Below, in pieces: positions 16,645 to 24,546 of a DNA stretch of 26,033 bases (positions are counted from its first letter, which is position 1; the number at the start of each line of letters is the position of its first letter). Source of the stretch: Alphaproteobacteria bacterium. GTDB lineage: Bacteria; Pseudomonadota; Alphaproteobacteria; UBA828. The notes beneath the pieces are model-generated. The model was not told where the DNA came from. It ran no database searches and saw only the letters and a program-made list of their open reading frames with translations. Location of the stretch: assembly GCA_963667785.2 (NCBI GenBank), contig CAXXMU010000012.1, forward strand, positions 1 to 26,033, in the 5' to 3' direction. The position numbers were made by a program, and so were the translations under genes.

Positions 16645-18249
16645 ATGCGATCGGACCACCAGGCGGACTATATCGTCGTCGGCGCCGGCTCCAGCGGCAG
16701 CGTGGTCGCCGCCCGGCTCTCGGAGGACGGACGCAGCAAGGTGCTGCTGCTCGAGGCCGGCGGCTCGGACCGCCGCCTCGTCATCCTGATGCCGGCGGGC
16801 ACCATGCTCTACGGCATCACCAACCCGCGCTACGACTGGCGTTTCATGGCCGAGCCCGACCCCACCCGCGGCGGGCGCGAGGACTACATGCCGCGCGGCA
16901 AGGTGCTGGGCGGCACCAGCTCGATCAACGCCACCTCGTTCGTGCGGGGCGCGCCCGAGGATTACAACGAATGGGCAGCCCTCGGCTGCCGCGGCTGGGA
17001 CTTCGAGCACGTGCTCCCCTACTTCCGCCGCCTGGAGGATTTCGAGGGCGGTGCCGACGAGTACCGGGGCGCAGGCGGGCCGCTCTCGGTCTCCCACATC
17101 CGCTCGCTGCACCCGCTCTCCCGCATCCTGGTGGAGACCTGCGTGAATGCGGGCATGACCTTCCGCGAGGACATCAACGCGCCGCCGCAGACGGGTGTGG
17201 GCTACGTCCAGGCGTCCCAGCGCAAGGGCTGGCGCCACAGCGCGTCGCGCGCCTACCTCTGGCCGGCCAGGGGGCGCGAGAACCTGCGCATCGTCACCCA
17301 TGCCCAGGCGCTCGGGCTCAGGTTCGAGGGCACGCGCGCCGTCGGCGTGGACTACGTCCGGCGCGGCCGGCGCGAGCAGGCCACCGCCGCCAAGGCAGTC
17401 GTCCTCTGCGCCGGCACCTTCGGCTCGCCGCAGCTCCTGATGCTCTCCGGCGTCGGCCCCGCCGCCCACCTCCGCGCGCACGGCATCGAGGTGCGCCATG
17501 ACCTCCCCGGCGTCGGTGAGAACATGCAGGACCATGCCGGGATCAGCCAGACCATGTGGGTCAACCGCACGACCTACAACGTGCAGACCGGGCTCCTGAG
17601 CGCGCTCTTCCACGGCGCCCGGTGGCTGCTGGCGGGCACGGGGCCTGCGTCCACGCCGATTGCCCAGGTCTTCGGCTTCCGCCGGTGCGATCCGGGCAAG
17701 TCGCGCTCCCACGTGCAGTACATGTTCTCGCCGGCGGGCTACGACCTTACCGCCGACGGGCCGGAGGTTTTCGAGAGGCCCGCGATCACCGGGCTGACGA
17801 CGCTGCACCGGCCCTATTCCGCCGGCACGGTGCGCCTCGCCTCGGCCGACCCGCTCGCCCAGCCCGCGATCCAGCCCAACCTCTTCGCCGACGAGCGCGA
17901 TATCGAGACCCTGGTGCTCGGCGCCCGCTTCTTCCGCACCGTGCTCGCGAGCGAGCCCATCTCACGCTACATCGTGGGCGAGCATCTGCCCGGCAAGGGC
18001 GTGGAGAGCGACGAGGAGTGGCGGGCGTACATCCGCGCCAACGCCATCGGCGTCTATCACCCCGCCGGCACCTGCAAGATGGGGCACGACCCCCTGGCAG
18101 TGGTCGACGACGGCCTCAAGGTGCACGGGCTGGAGGGGCTCTACGTGGCCGACGCCTCGATCATGCCGACCGTCGTCAGCGCCAACCTCAACGCCACCTG
18201 TATCATGATCGGCGAGCGCGCAGCCGAGTTGATCCGCGCCGCCGCCTGA
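16645..18249 (+). CDS. GMC family oxidoreductase (choline dehydrogenase-like, substrate unknown)
   Basis: [45 protein letters not shown], and the His/Asn pair [10 protein letters not shown] … SANLNA. Confidence 0.93.
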   Translation: MRSDHQADYIVVGAGSSGSVVAARLSEDGRSKVLLLEAGGSDRRLVILMPAGTMLYGITNPRYDWRFMAEPDPTRGGREDYMPRGKVLGGTSSINATSFVRGAPEDYNEWAALGCRGWDFEHVLPYFRRLEDFEGGADEYRGAGGPLSVSHIRSLHPLSRILVETCVNAGMTFREDINAPPQTGVGYVQASQRKGWRHSASRAYLWPARGRENLRIVTHAQALGLRFEGTRAVGVDYVRRGRREQATAAKAVVLCAGTFGSPQLLMLSGVGPAAHLRAHGIEVRHDLPGVGENMQDHAGISQTMWVNRTTYNVQTGLLSALFHGARWLLAGTGPASTPIAQVFGFRRCDPGKSRSHVQYMFSPAGYDLTADGPEVFERPAITGLTTLHRPYSAGTVRLASADPLAQPAIQPNLFADERDIETLVLGARFFRTVLASEPISRYIVGEHLPGKGVESDEEWRAYIRANAIGVYHPAGTCKMGHDPLAVVDDGLKVHGLEGLYVADASIMPTVVSANLNATCIMIGERAAELIRAAA

Positions 18250-18288
18250 GAGTTACCGCATCAACGAGCAGAAACAGGGAGGACCCCC

Positions 18289-18597
18289 ATGCCCTACACC
18301 GTCGCTGCAGCCCTCAGGGTCAAGAAGAAGCACGTCGCCGAGTTCACCCGGCTGGTGAAGCGCCACGCCGCCAACAGCGTGACCAAGGAGGCGGGCTGCG
18401 TCTCCTTCGAGGTCTCCGTCGACCGCGACGACCCCAGGCGCTTCCTCTTCTACGAGATCTATCTCAGCGAGGCCGACTTCCAGGCCCACACCGAGACGCC
18501 GTGGTTCAAGCGCCAGATGGAGCGGACGGGCCACATGGTCGACGGCGATTTCGAGATTCTCTGCTTCGGCCACCGCATCGCCGCGCCCAACAAGTAG
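18289..18597 (+). CDS. Antibiotic biosynthesis monooxygenase (ABM) / LsrG-like dimeric alpha-beta barrel protein
   Basis: EAGCVSFEV…DDPRRFLFYEIY…DFQAHTETPWF pattern; strong GGGAGG RBS. Confidence 0.85.
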   Translation: MPYTVAAALRVKKKHVAEFTRLVKRHAANSVTKEAGCVSFEVSVDRDDPRRFLFYEIYLSEADFQAHTETPWFKRQMERTGHMVDGDFEILCFGHRIAAPNK

Positions 18598-18610
18598 CGG
18601 CGCTGACGGC

Positions 18611-18931
18611 TTATCGGGTGTACCGCGACCAGAGGGCCGACGGGTCGGGCCGTTTCTCGTGCTTGGCGGCGGCCTCGGCGATCTCGACCTCGCTGGGCCC
18701 GCCGTGCTCCAGCGCCCGGAAAGCGCGGACCACGGGGCCCGCCCGGTTCGCATGGCGCTTGGCGGCCAGGCTGATGGGCTCGTGCAGCGCGCCCGAGCAG
18801 TGGGCGCAGGGCCAGGCGAGGCGGGCCATCAGCGCGGCCGCTTCGCCGCCGGGATAGCGCTCCAGCAGCTGCACGATGGTCGTCGAGCCGGTGATCGGCT
18901 GAGCCGCGTGGGCCCTGCCGGGGGCGGGCAT
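18611..18931 (-). CDS. Small CxxC protein, DUF1858-like (hybrid-cluster-associated redox disulfide domain)
   Basis: 106 aa hidden at the tail of shadow ORF 18611-20416: PITGSTTIVQLLERYP…WPCAHC…HEPISLAAKRH. Starts 11 bp after the LarA-like stop. Confidence 0.68.
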   Translation of the reverse strand: MPAPGRAHAAQPITGSTTIVQLLERYPGGEAAALMARLAWPCAHCSGALHEPISLAAKRHANRAGPVVRAFRALEHGGPSEVEIAEAAAKHEKRPDPSALWSRYTR

Positions 18932-18942
18932 GGCCGCCTGCC

Positions 18943-20358
18943 CTACTCCGCCGCCTCCGCCAGGGGCTCGACCTCCACGGGCATGCGGATCGCATCGCGC
19001 GGCAGCTGGTAGCGCGCGAACGGCAGCACCGCGACCCTGGCGTCGGGCCCGTGGCGCGCCATCGCCGCGGCGAACGCGTCCTCCAGCGAAGTGCCGGCCT
19101 CGATACCGATATCGGCGGCCATCTCCAGGTTCTCCTCCAGCGTCACCACGTGGAGGTGCTTGCGCACCATGACCTCGTAGATCGGCACCCAGATGCAGCC
19201 GGCCCACATCTCGATGGTGCGGCTGTGGATATCGCGGTAGACGCGCTCCAAGTTCGCGGGCGAGGGTGGCATGTAGGGCTTCATCAGGTCCATGAGCGCG
19301 AGCCCGGGGAAGTCGCCGAGATGCGTGCTCACGCCGGGCGACGGGCTGCAGTAGATGAGCGTGCCTCCGTCCTTCACCAGAAGATCGGACGACATGCAGC
19401 CCCAGCCGGTGTGGAAGAAGAGATGGTCGGTCGGCGCGAAGACGCCGCAGATGGCGATGTCTGCCGGGTCGCCGGCCGGGCGGTCGTAGGCGTAGATGCC
19501 GTTGAAGGTGCGGATCGCCTCGCGGTGCGCGTCCGGATGCGCGCCGAAGTTGATGAAGCAGAGGCTGCCCTTCGTATCCAGCACGCTGTTCAGCGTCGCC
19601 GTGAGCCCGCACATGGTGGCGGCCTCGTCGATGTCGGTCCGCATCGGGCCGGCCATGGCGCCGTAATGGGTCTTGGGCGACATCACGAAGGCGCAGTGGT
19701 TCGATTCGATCGTCTCGTCCGAAACCACGCCGGGCAGGATCAGCTTGCCGCCGCCGCCCGCGCCCCAGTGGTTGGACTGCGCCTGGCCCATGGAAAGCGT
19801 GACGTCGGACTTCGCCACCTCCCTGTGCAGCCAGACCGGCGTGCCGCCCGTGGTCATGCCGATGAAGACGTACTGCTCCGGGTCGCGCGGCTCGTTCTGG
19901 AAGAAGGGGATGCCGAGGCGCTCCATGCGCGCGAGGTTCTCGCGGCCGAGCTTCAGCTCCGTGTCGCGCTCCGACATGGGGAAGACCTTGCCGTTGGCGC
20001 AGACGACACGCGCGTCCCTGATGCCGTGCTCTTCCACGGCATCCAGCACCGCCGGCAGCAGCTTCGAGGTGGGCGTCGGGCGGAACTGGTTGTCGATGAT
20101 GACGGCGAGGCTCTTGTCGGGCCCGATCATCTGAGAGAACGGCGGGCCCGAGTGCGGCGCTTCCAGCGCAGCCGCGCACGCCTCCGTCGGGTTCGCGAGG
20201 GGCTGAGGCTCGTCCGGAAAGAGCGCCGCAAGCAGGTTGGTCTCGGGGATGTCGAGGGTCAGCGTCTCGCGATAGACCATGGACGGATCGTCGGCCGAGC
20301 CGATGGTCAGCGGATCGAGGGATTCGTAGGGGATCACCGCGCGATAGGTGTCGGACAT
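18943..20358 (-). CDS. Lactate racemase (LarA / DUF2088) superfamily protein with an atypical active site
   Basis: ATG at 20358 with AGGAGG RBS. LarA-like blocks ALEAPHSGPP, AVIIDNQFRPTP, GMTTGGTPVWL, GGGGKLILPGV, TIESNH, VKDGGTLI, DARVAVLP. Confidence 0.85.
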   Translation of the reverse strand: MSDTYRAVIPYESLDPLTIGSADDPSMVYRETLTLDIPETNLLAALFPDEPQPLANPTEACAAALEAPHSGPPFSQMIGPDKSLAVIIDNQFRPTPTSKLLPAVLDAVEEHGIRDARVVCANGKVFPMSERDTELKLGRENLARMERLGIPFFQNEPRDPEQYVFIGMTTGGTPVWLHREVAKSDVTLSMGQAQSNHWGAGGGGKLILPGVVSDETIESNHCAFVMSPKTHYGAMAGPMRTDIDEAATMCGLTATLNSVLDTKGSLCFINFGAHPDAHREAIRTFNGIYAYDRPAGDPADIAICGVFAPTDHLFFHTGWGCMSSDLLVKDGGTLIYCSPSPGVSTHLGDFPGLALMDLMKPYMPPSPANLERVYRDIHSRTIEMWAGCIWVPIYEVMVRKHLHVVTLEENLEMAADIGIEAGTSLEDAFAAAMARHGPDARVAVLPFARYQLPRDAIRMPVEVEPLAEAAE

Positions 20359-20493
20359 CGCCGCCCTCCTGCATCTGAGCCGGCCTGAGGCCGCGAAACT
20401 GGCGTTCCCGCGCCAAGCCGAGTGTAATGGACCGTGCCGGCTATGCACAGGGCGCGCCGCCTGCGGAGCGTCCGACACAGGGGGGAATTCAAC

Positions 20494-22521
20494 ATGGCGG
20501 CCTATCCTCGGCTTTTCTCGGAATGGAAAATTCGCAACACCACGGTCAAGAATCGGGTGGTGTTCCCGCCGACCTGCCCGAGCTGGGTCTCCGACCCGTG
20601 GAACGGGCTCTTCATCGACATGGCGACCCACTACTACCGGGAGCGCGCCGAGGGCGGGGTCGGCCTCATCATCATCGGGGGTACTCACGTCCACAAGAGC
20701 TCGATCATGGCGCCGCTGCTCATGCCGCAGCTCTTCGACGACCGGCAGATCGAGCCGCTGTCGAAGATCGCGGACGCGGTCCATGCCGAGGGCTGCAAGC
20801 TCGCGATCCAGCTCTGGCATTCGGGCGTGCGCGGCTTTCCCACCTTCAAGCAGGAGGCCACCTACGACCCGGACGCGACCTGGTACACGCTGTCGCCGAG
20901 CCAGGTGCCCCTGGGCGAGTTCCCCGGCGCGTCGACGCCCAAGGAGCTCGACGAGGACGAGATCGAGGAGCTGCTGGCGGCCTTTGGCAGCGCTGCGGAG
21001 CGCGCGTTCGCGGCGGGCCTCGACGGGGTGGAGCTTCATCTCAGCCACGGCTACCTGCCCTGGCAGTTCATCTCGCCGCTCTACAACAAGCGCACCGACC
21101 GCTGGGGCGGCTCGCTGGAGAACCGCCTGCGCTTCCCGCTCGAAGCGTTGAAGCGGATGCGGGCCGCCGCCGGCGACGACAGGTTCGTCGGCTACCGCAT
21201 CAACTCGACCTCGTTCTGGCCGGGCGACCTCGAAATCGACGAGGTGCGCGACATCGTCGCCGAGATCGAGCAGCGGTCCGATATCGACTACGTCAACGTC
21301 TCGGCCGGCGTGCACCACGCCTTCATCCACACGCCGATGGAGTTCGAGGCCGGCTGGGAGCGGGGCTACGCCCGCAAGATCCGCGAAGTCTCGTCGAAGC
21401 CGGTGCTGCTGGTGGGCCGCATCACCACGCCGGACGTGGCCGAGCAGCTGCTGGAAGCGGGCGACGGCGATGCGATCTGCCTCGCGCGCCAGCTCTTCAC
21501 GGACCCCCACTGGGCCAAGAAGGCGGAAGAGGGCAACACCGACGACATCCGCTCATGCGTCGCCGCCAACTTCTGCTGGAAGAGCGTGAGCCGGGGCGGC
21601 CGGGTGCAGTGCATCTACAACCCCACCGTGGGCCGCGAGGAGGCCTGGGGCGAGGGCACGCTGGTCAAGGTGGCGGAGCCCAAGTCCGTGCTGGTCATCG
21701 GCGGCGGCCCGGCGGGGCTCGAGTATGCGCGCGTGGCCTCCGCCCGCGGGCATGACGTGACCGTCTACGAAGCCGAGGGCGAGACCGGCGGCCACGTGCG
21801 GGTGCAGTCGCTGCTGCCGACCCGCGCCGAGTACGGCGAGATCGGCCGCTGGCTTGCGGCGCAGGCCGAGAAGAACGGCAGCCGCATCGTCACCGGCGCG
21901 CCGGTGACGGAGGAGGACCTGGACCAGGCGCTGGAGGCGGCGAAGCCCGACCATGTAGTGGTGGCCACGGGCTCCGCCGTCGCGGTCGACGGCTTCCAGG
22001 GCTGGACCGGCGATCCGCTCCCCGGCTGGGAGAGCGGCAACTGCGTCGGCTGGGACACGGTGGCGCAGGGCCAGGCCCGGCCGCGCGGCAGGGTGATGGT
22101 GCTGGACGACCTCTGCGACGTGGTGGCGCCGCTCACCGCCGTCGCCTGCAAGGAGGGCGGCGCCGACGAGGTGACGCTCGTCACCCGCTGGCCCATGATC
22201 GGCATGGAGACCATCCTCGACGTCTACCTCGACTGGATCCTGCCCAAGCTCTACCAGACGGGCGTGACGGTCTGCGTCGATCACTTCGTCCGCCGCATCG
22301 AGGGCAGCACGGTGACGCTCTACAACGTTCACCACGAGGAAGCCGAGCGGCAGATCGAGGCGGACTGGATCGTCATGGCGACGGGCCGGCGCTCCGTGAA
22401 TTCGCTGCACGGGGCGGTCGCGGCCCGCGGCGTCTCGGTCGAGACCATCGGCGACGCCACCGCGCCCCGCACCGCCTACGAAGCGGTCTATGAAGGCCAC
22501 CGCCAGGCCCGCAAGCTCTGA
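20494..22521 (+). CDS. NADH:flavin oxidoreductase (old yellow enzyme barrel + Fe-S + FAD/ADP domain), TMADH / 2,4-dienoyl-CoA reductase family
   Basis: KNRVVFPP, ERAEGGVGLII, AGLDGVELHLSHGYL, NKRTDRWGGSLENRLRF, C-x5-C-x11-C, VLVIGGGPAGLE, TIGDA. ATG at 20494 after GGGGGA. Confidence 0.92.
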   Translation: MAAYPRLFSEWKIRNTTVKNRVVFPPTCPSWVSDPWNGLFIDMATHYYRERAEGGVGLIIIGGTHVHKSSIMAPLLMPQLFDDRQIEPLSKIADAVHAEGCKLAIQLWHSGVRGFPTFKQEATYDPDATWYTLSPSQVPLGEFPGASTPKELDEDEIEELLAAFGSAAERAFAAGLDGVELHLSHGYLPWQFISPLYNKRTDRWGGSLENRLRFPLEALKRMRAAAGDDRFVGYRINSTSFWPGDLEIDEVRDIVAEIEQRSDIDYVNVSAGVHHAFIHTPMEFEAGWERGYARKIREVSSKPVLLVGRITTPDVAEQLLEAGDGDAICLARQLFTDPHWAKKAEEGNTDDIRSCVAANFCWKSVSRGGRVQCIYNPTVGREEAWGEGTLVKVAEPKSVLVIGGGPAGLEYARVASARGHDVTVYEAEGETGGHVRVQSLLPTRAEYGEIGRWLAAQAEKNGSRIVTGAPVTEEDLDQALEAAKPDHVVVATGSAVAVDGFQGWTGDPLPGWESGNCVGWDTVAQGQARPRGRVMVLDDLCDVVAPLTAVACKEGGADEVTLVTRWPMIGMETILDVYLDWILPKLYQTGVTVCVDHFVRRIEGSTVTLYNVHHEEAERQIEADWIVMATGRRSVNSLHGAVAARGVSVETIGDATAPRTAYEAVYEGHRQARKL

Positions 22522-22567
22522 ACGTTCCCGAGAATACCCGCCCCTCACCAACACAAGGAGCACCGCG

Positions 22568-22861
22568 ATGCCCGCCGCTTACCTCATCTCGACCTCGGAG
22601 ATAACCGATCCTGATCTGATGCAGGAGTACGTCAAGAAGGCAGGCCCGACGGGCGGCCCCTACGGCGCAGAGCTGCTTGCCTCCACCACGGAAGTCGCGC
22701 ACATGGACGGTACCTGGAAGCCGTCCCGCGTGGTGGTCTTCCGCTTTCCCAGCATGGAACGGGCCAAGGCCTGGTACAACTCACCCGAGTATCAGGCGAT
22801 CGTGGACATGCGGTTGCAGGCCGCCGAGAGCAGCCTCATCTTCGTCGAAGCCTTGGAGTAA
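22568..22861 (+). CDS. DUF1330 family protein (dimeric alpha-beta barrel)
   Basis: MPAAYLI…ITDPD…EY…YGAE…VVVFRFPSMERAKAWYNSPEYQ…R; AAGGAG RBS at 22555-22560. Confidence 0.88.
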   Translation: MPAAYLISTSEITDPDLMQEYVKKAGPTGGPYGAELLASTTEVAHMDGTWKPSRVVVFRFPSMERAKAWYNSPEYQAIVDMRLQAAESSLIFVEALE

Positions 22862-22876
22862 CCCCCGCGCGCCGCT

Positions 22877-24301
22877 TCACGCTCCGGGCGTATCGGCCAG
22901 GAAGTGCCCAATGGCGTTGGCGTAGTAGCGCAGCATGTCGCGCTCGTCCTCGTTGGCGCGATAGAGCCCGTCCGACTCCGTCACGAAGTGGCGGAGCGTG
23001 AGCATGCGCAACCCCACGGTGACAGCGTAGTCGCGGTCCGCGCGGGGGATGTGGACGTAGGCGCCCTCGCCCTCCAGCCGGTCGATCAGGGCCTGGGTGC
23101 GACCCTTGATCTCCAGCAGGTCGAGCGCCTCGTCGCTTGAGTCGAGGAACACTGTCGCGACCAGGGATACCGGCAGCACGGGGATCGCCGCGGCGATCGC
23201 GTCCAGCAGTTCGCCGCCGAGTTTTTCGACGGCCTCGCGGCGGGCGTCCTCCTCCAGGGCGCGGAAGTCGATCCCGCCCGCCTTCACGTAGTCCCGCATG
23301 GAGATCGGCGTCGCGAAGTTCACGCAGGCGTAGCCGAAGCGGTACCAGCGCCGCCGGATCATGAGGCCCACGTTGTGGGCGACGAACCCAGCCGCGGTCG
23401 CGAGCACACGTGCCTTGCCGGGGCGGGGCTCGCCGGGGGCCGGCGCGCGCACCAGCATGCGGTCCTCCAGCACGCGGTCGTAGTTGATGCCGACGGGCAC
23501 GAAGACCAGGTCGCGGGAGCCTTCGGGGTCGAAGGACGAGACCATGTAGCTGATAAGGCCGAGCTTGGGCCTCCGCAGGCGTCCGTCGCGGCTGAGCCCG
23601 CCCTCGGGGTAGACCGCCTGGACCACGCCGCCGGCGGTCGCCGCCTGCACGTAGCGGGCGAGCACCTGGCGGTAGAGGCGGCTGCCCGAGCCGCGCCGCA
23701 CGAAGTAGGCGCCGAGGGAGCGCACCAGCATCCTGAGCGGCCAGACCCGCGCCCACTCGCCGACGGCATAGCTGAGCGCCGAGCGATGCGCCGCCATGTA
23801 GGCGACGATCACGTAGTCCATGTTGCTGCGGTGGTTCATCACGAAGACGACGCTCGCGCCGGGCTCGATGCGGGCGAGCGCCTCGTCGTCGGAATAGCCG
23901 AGGCGCACGCGGTAGAGGCTCTCCACCGCGCGCCTGGCGACGTGATAGCCGATGCGGAAGTAGGCGTAGGCGTTGAAGGAAGGCACGATCTCGCGGGCGT
24001 AGCGCTCCACCTGCCGGCTCAGCACCTCGCGCGGCGTGCCTGTGGCCTTGGCCTCGGCGTCGATCGCCTCCATCACCTGCGGGTCGTAGCTGAGCTGGTC
24101 GATCAGCACCCGCCGCTTGGTCTGCAGGAAGGGCGGGATCTGCAGCTCCAGCCGCGTGTTGACCTCCTCGATCACGCGGTTGAGGCGGCGGCGCAGAAAC
24201 CAGCGCGCGCTCGGCATCAGGATGCGGTCGAGCGCGGCCCAAAGCGCGAGCGCGCCGACCACCGCGAGGATCCAGAGCGGCAGCGCGAGCGAGCCGGTCA
24301 T
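22877..24301 (-). CDS. Glycerol-3-phosphate / lysophospholipid acyltransferase (PlsB-like)
   Basis: H-x4-D motif NHRSNMD, GAYFVRR, YPEGGLSRDG, FVPVGINYD. ATG at 24301 with AAGGAGG RBS; N-terminal hydrophobic helix. Confidence 0.88.
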   Translation of the reverse strand: MTGSLALPLWILAVVGALALWAALDRILMPSARWFLRRRLNRVIEEVNTRLELQIPPFLQTKRRVLIDQLSYDPQVMEAIDAEAKATGTPREVLSRQVERYAREIVPSFNAYAYFRIGYHVARRAVESLYRVRLGYSDDEALARIEPGASVVFVMNHRSNMDYVIVAYMAAHRSALSYAVGEWARVWPLRMLVRSLGAYFVRRGSGSRLYRQVLARYVQAATAGGVVQAVYPEGGLSRDGRLRRPKLGLISYMVSSFDPEGSRDLVFVPVGINYDRVLEDRMLVRAPAPGEPRPGKARVLATAAGFVAHNVGLMIRRRWYRFGYACVNFATPISMRDYVKAGGIDFRALEEDARREAVEKLGGELLDAIAAAIPVLPVSLVATVFLDSSDEALDLLEIKGRTQALIDRLEGEGAYVHIPRADRDYAVTVGLRMLTLRHFVTESDGLYRANEDERDMLRYYANAIGHFLADTPGA

Positions 24302-24546
24302 GGGGGCGGCCTCCTTTGCAGCCGGCGGAATTCGTTCGGGGCCGTGGGCTTCCCCTCGCAAGGGCGGTCGCGGCAAAGGTTTTGGACCGGCATGGATCGC
24401 CAACAAGGCTCGCGGCTGCGGCACGGATACGCTACTTATAGCAGCATTGGGGGCGACACCGGGTGGCGCCCCCTTCGGGGAGACGAGCGAAGACGAGCGG
24501 GCACGGTGTCCGCCGGCAAGCGCACGCAGAGGCGCGGTGACGGGCC

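Noticed and set aside
16645-18249. Gene symbol betA
   Set aside because: Only general GMC motifs are visible and there is no betB/betI context, so the substrate cannot be assigned.
18943-20358. Gene symbol larA / lactate racemase function
   Set aside because: Key catalytic residues appear substituted and no larBCE genes are adjacent; only the superfamily is supported.
20395-20450. Possible sigma54 promoters, and a 9-mer GTGCATAGC shared with the potF upstream repeat
   Set aside because: No candidate had correct GG-N10-GC spacing, and one shared 9-mer is within chance expectation.
20359-21510. 384-aa N-terminal extension making an 855-aa LarA fusion
   Set aside because: Antisense to the flavoprotein gene; AGGAGG supports the start at 20358.
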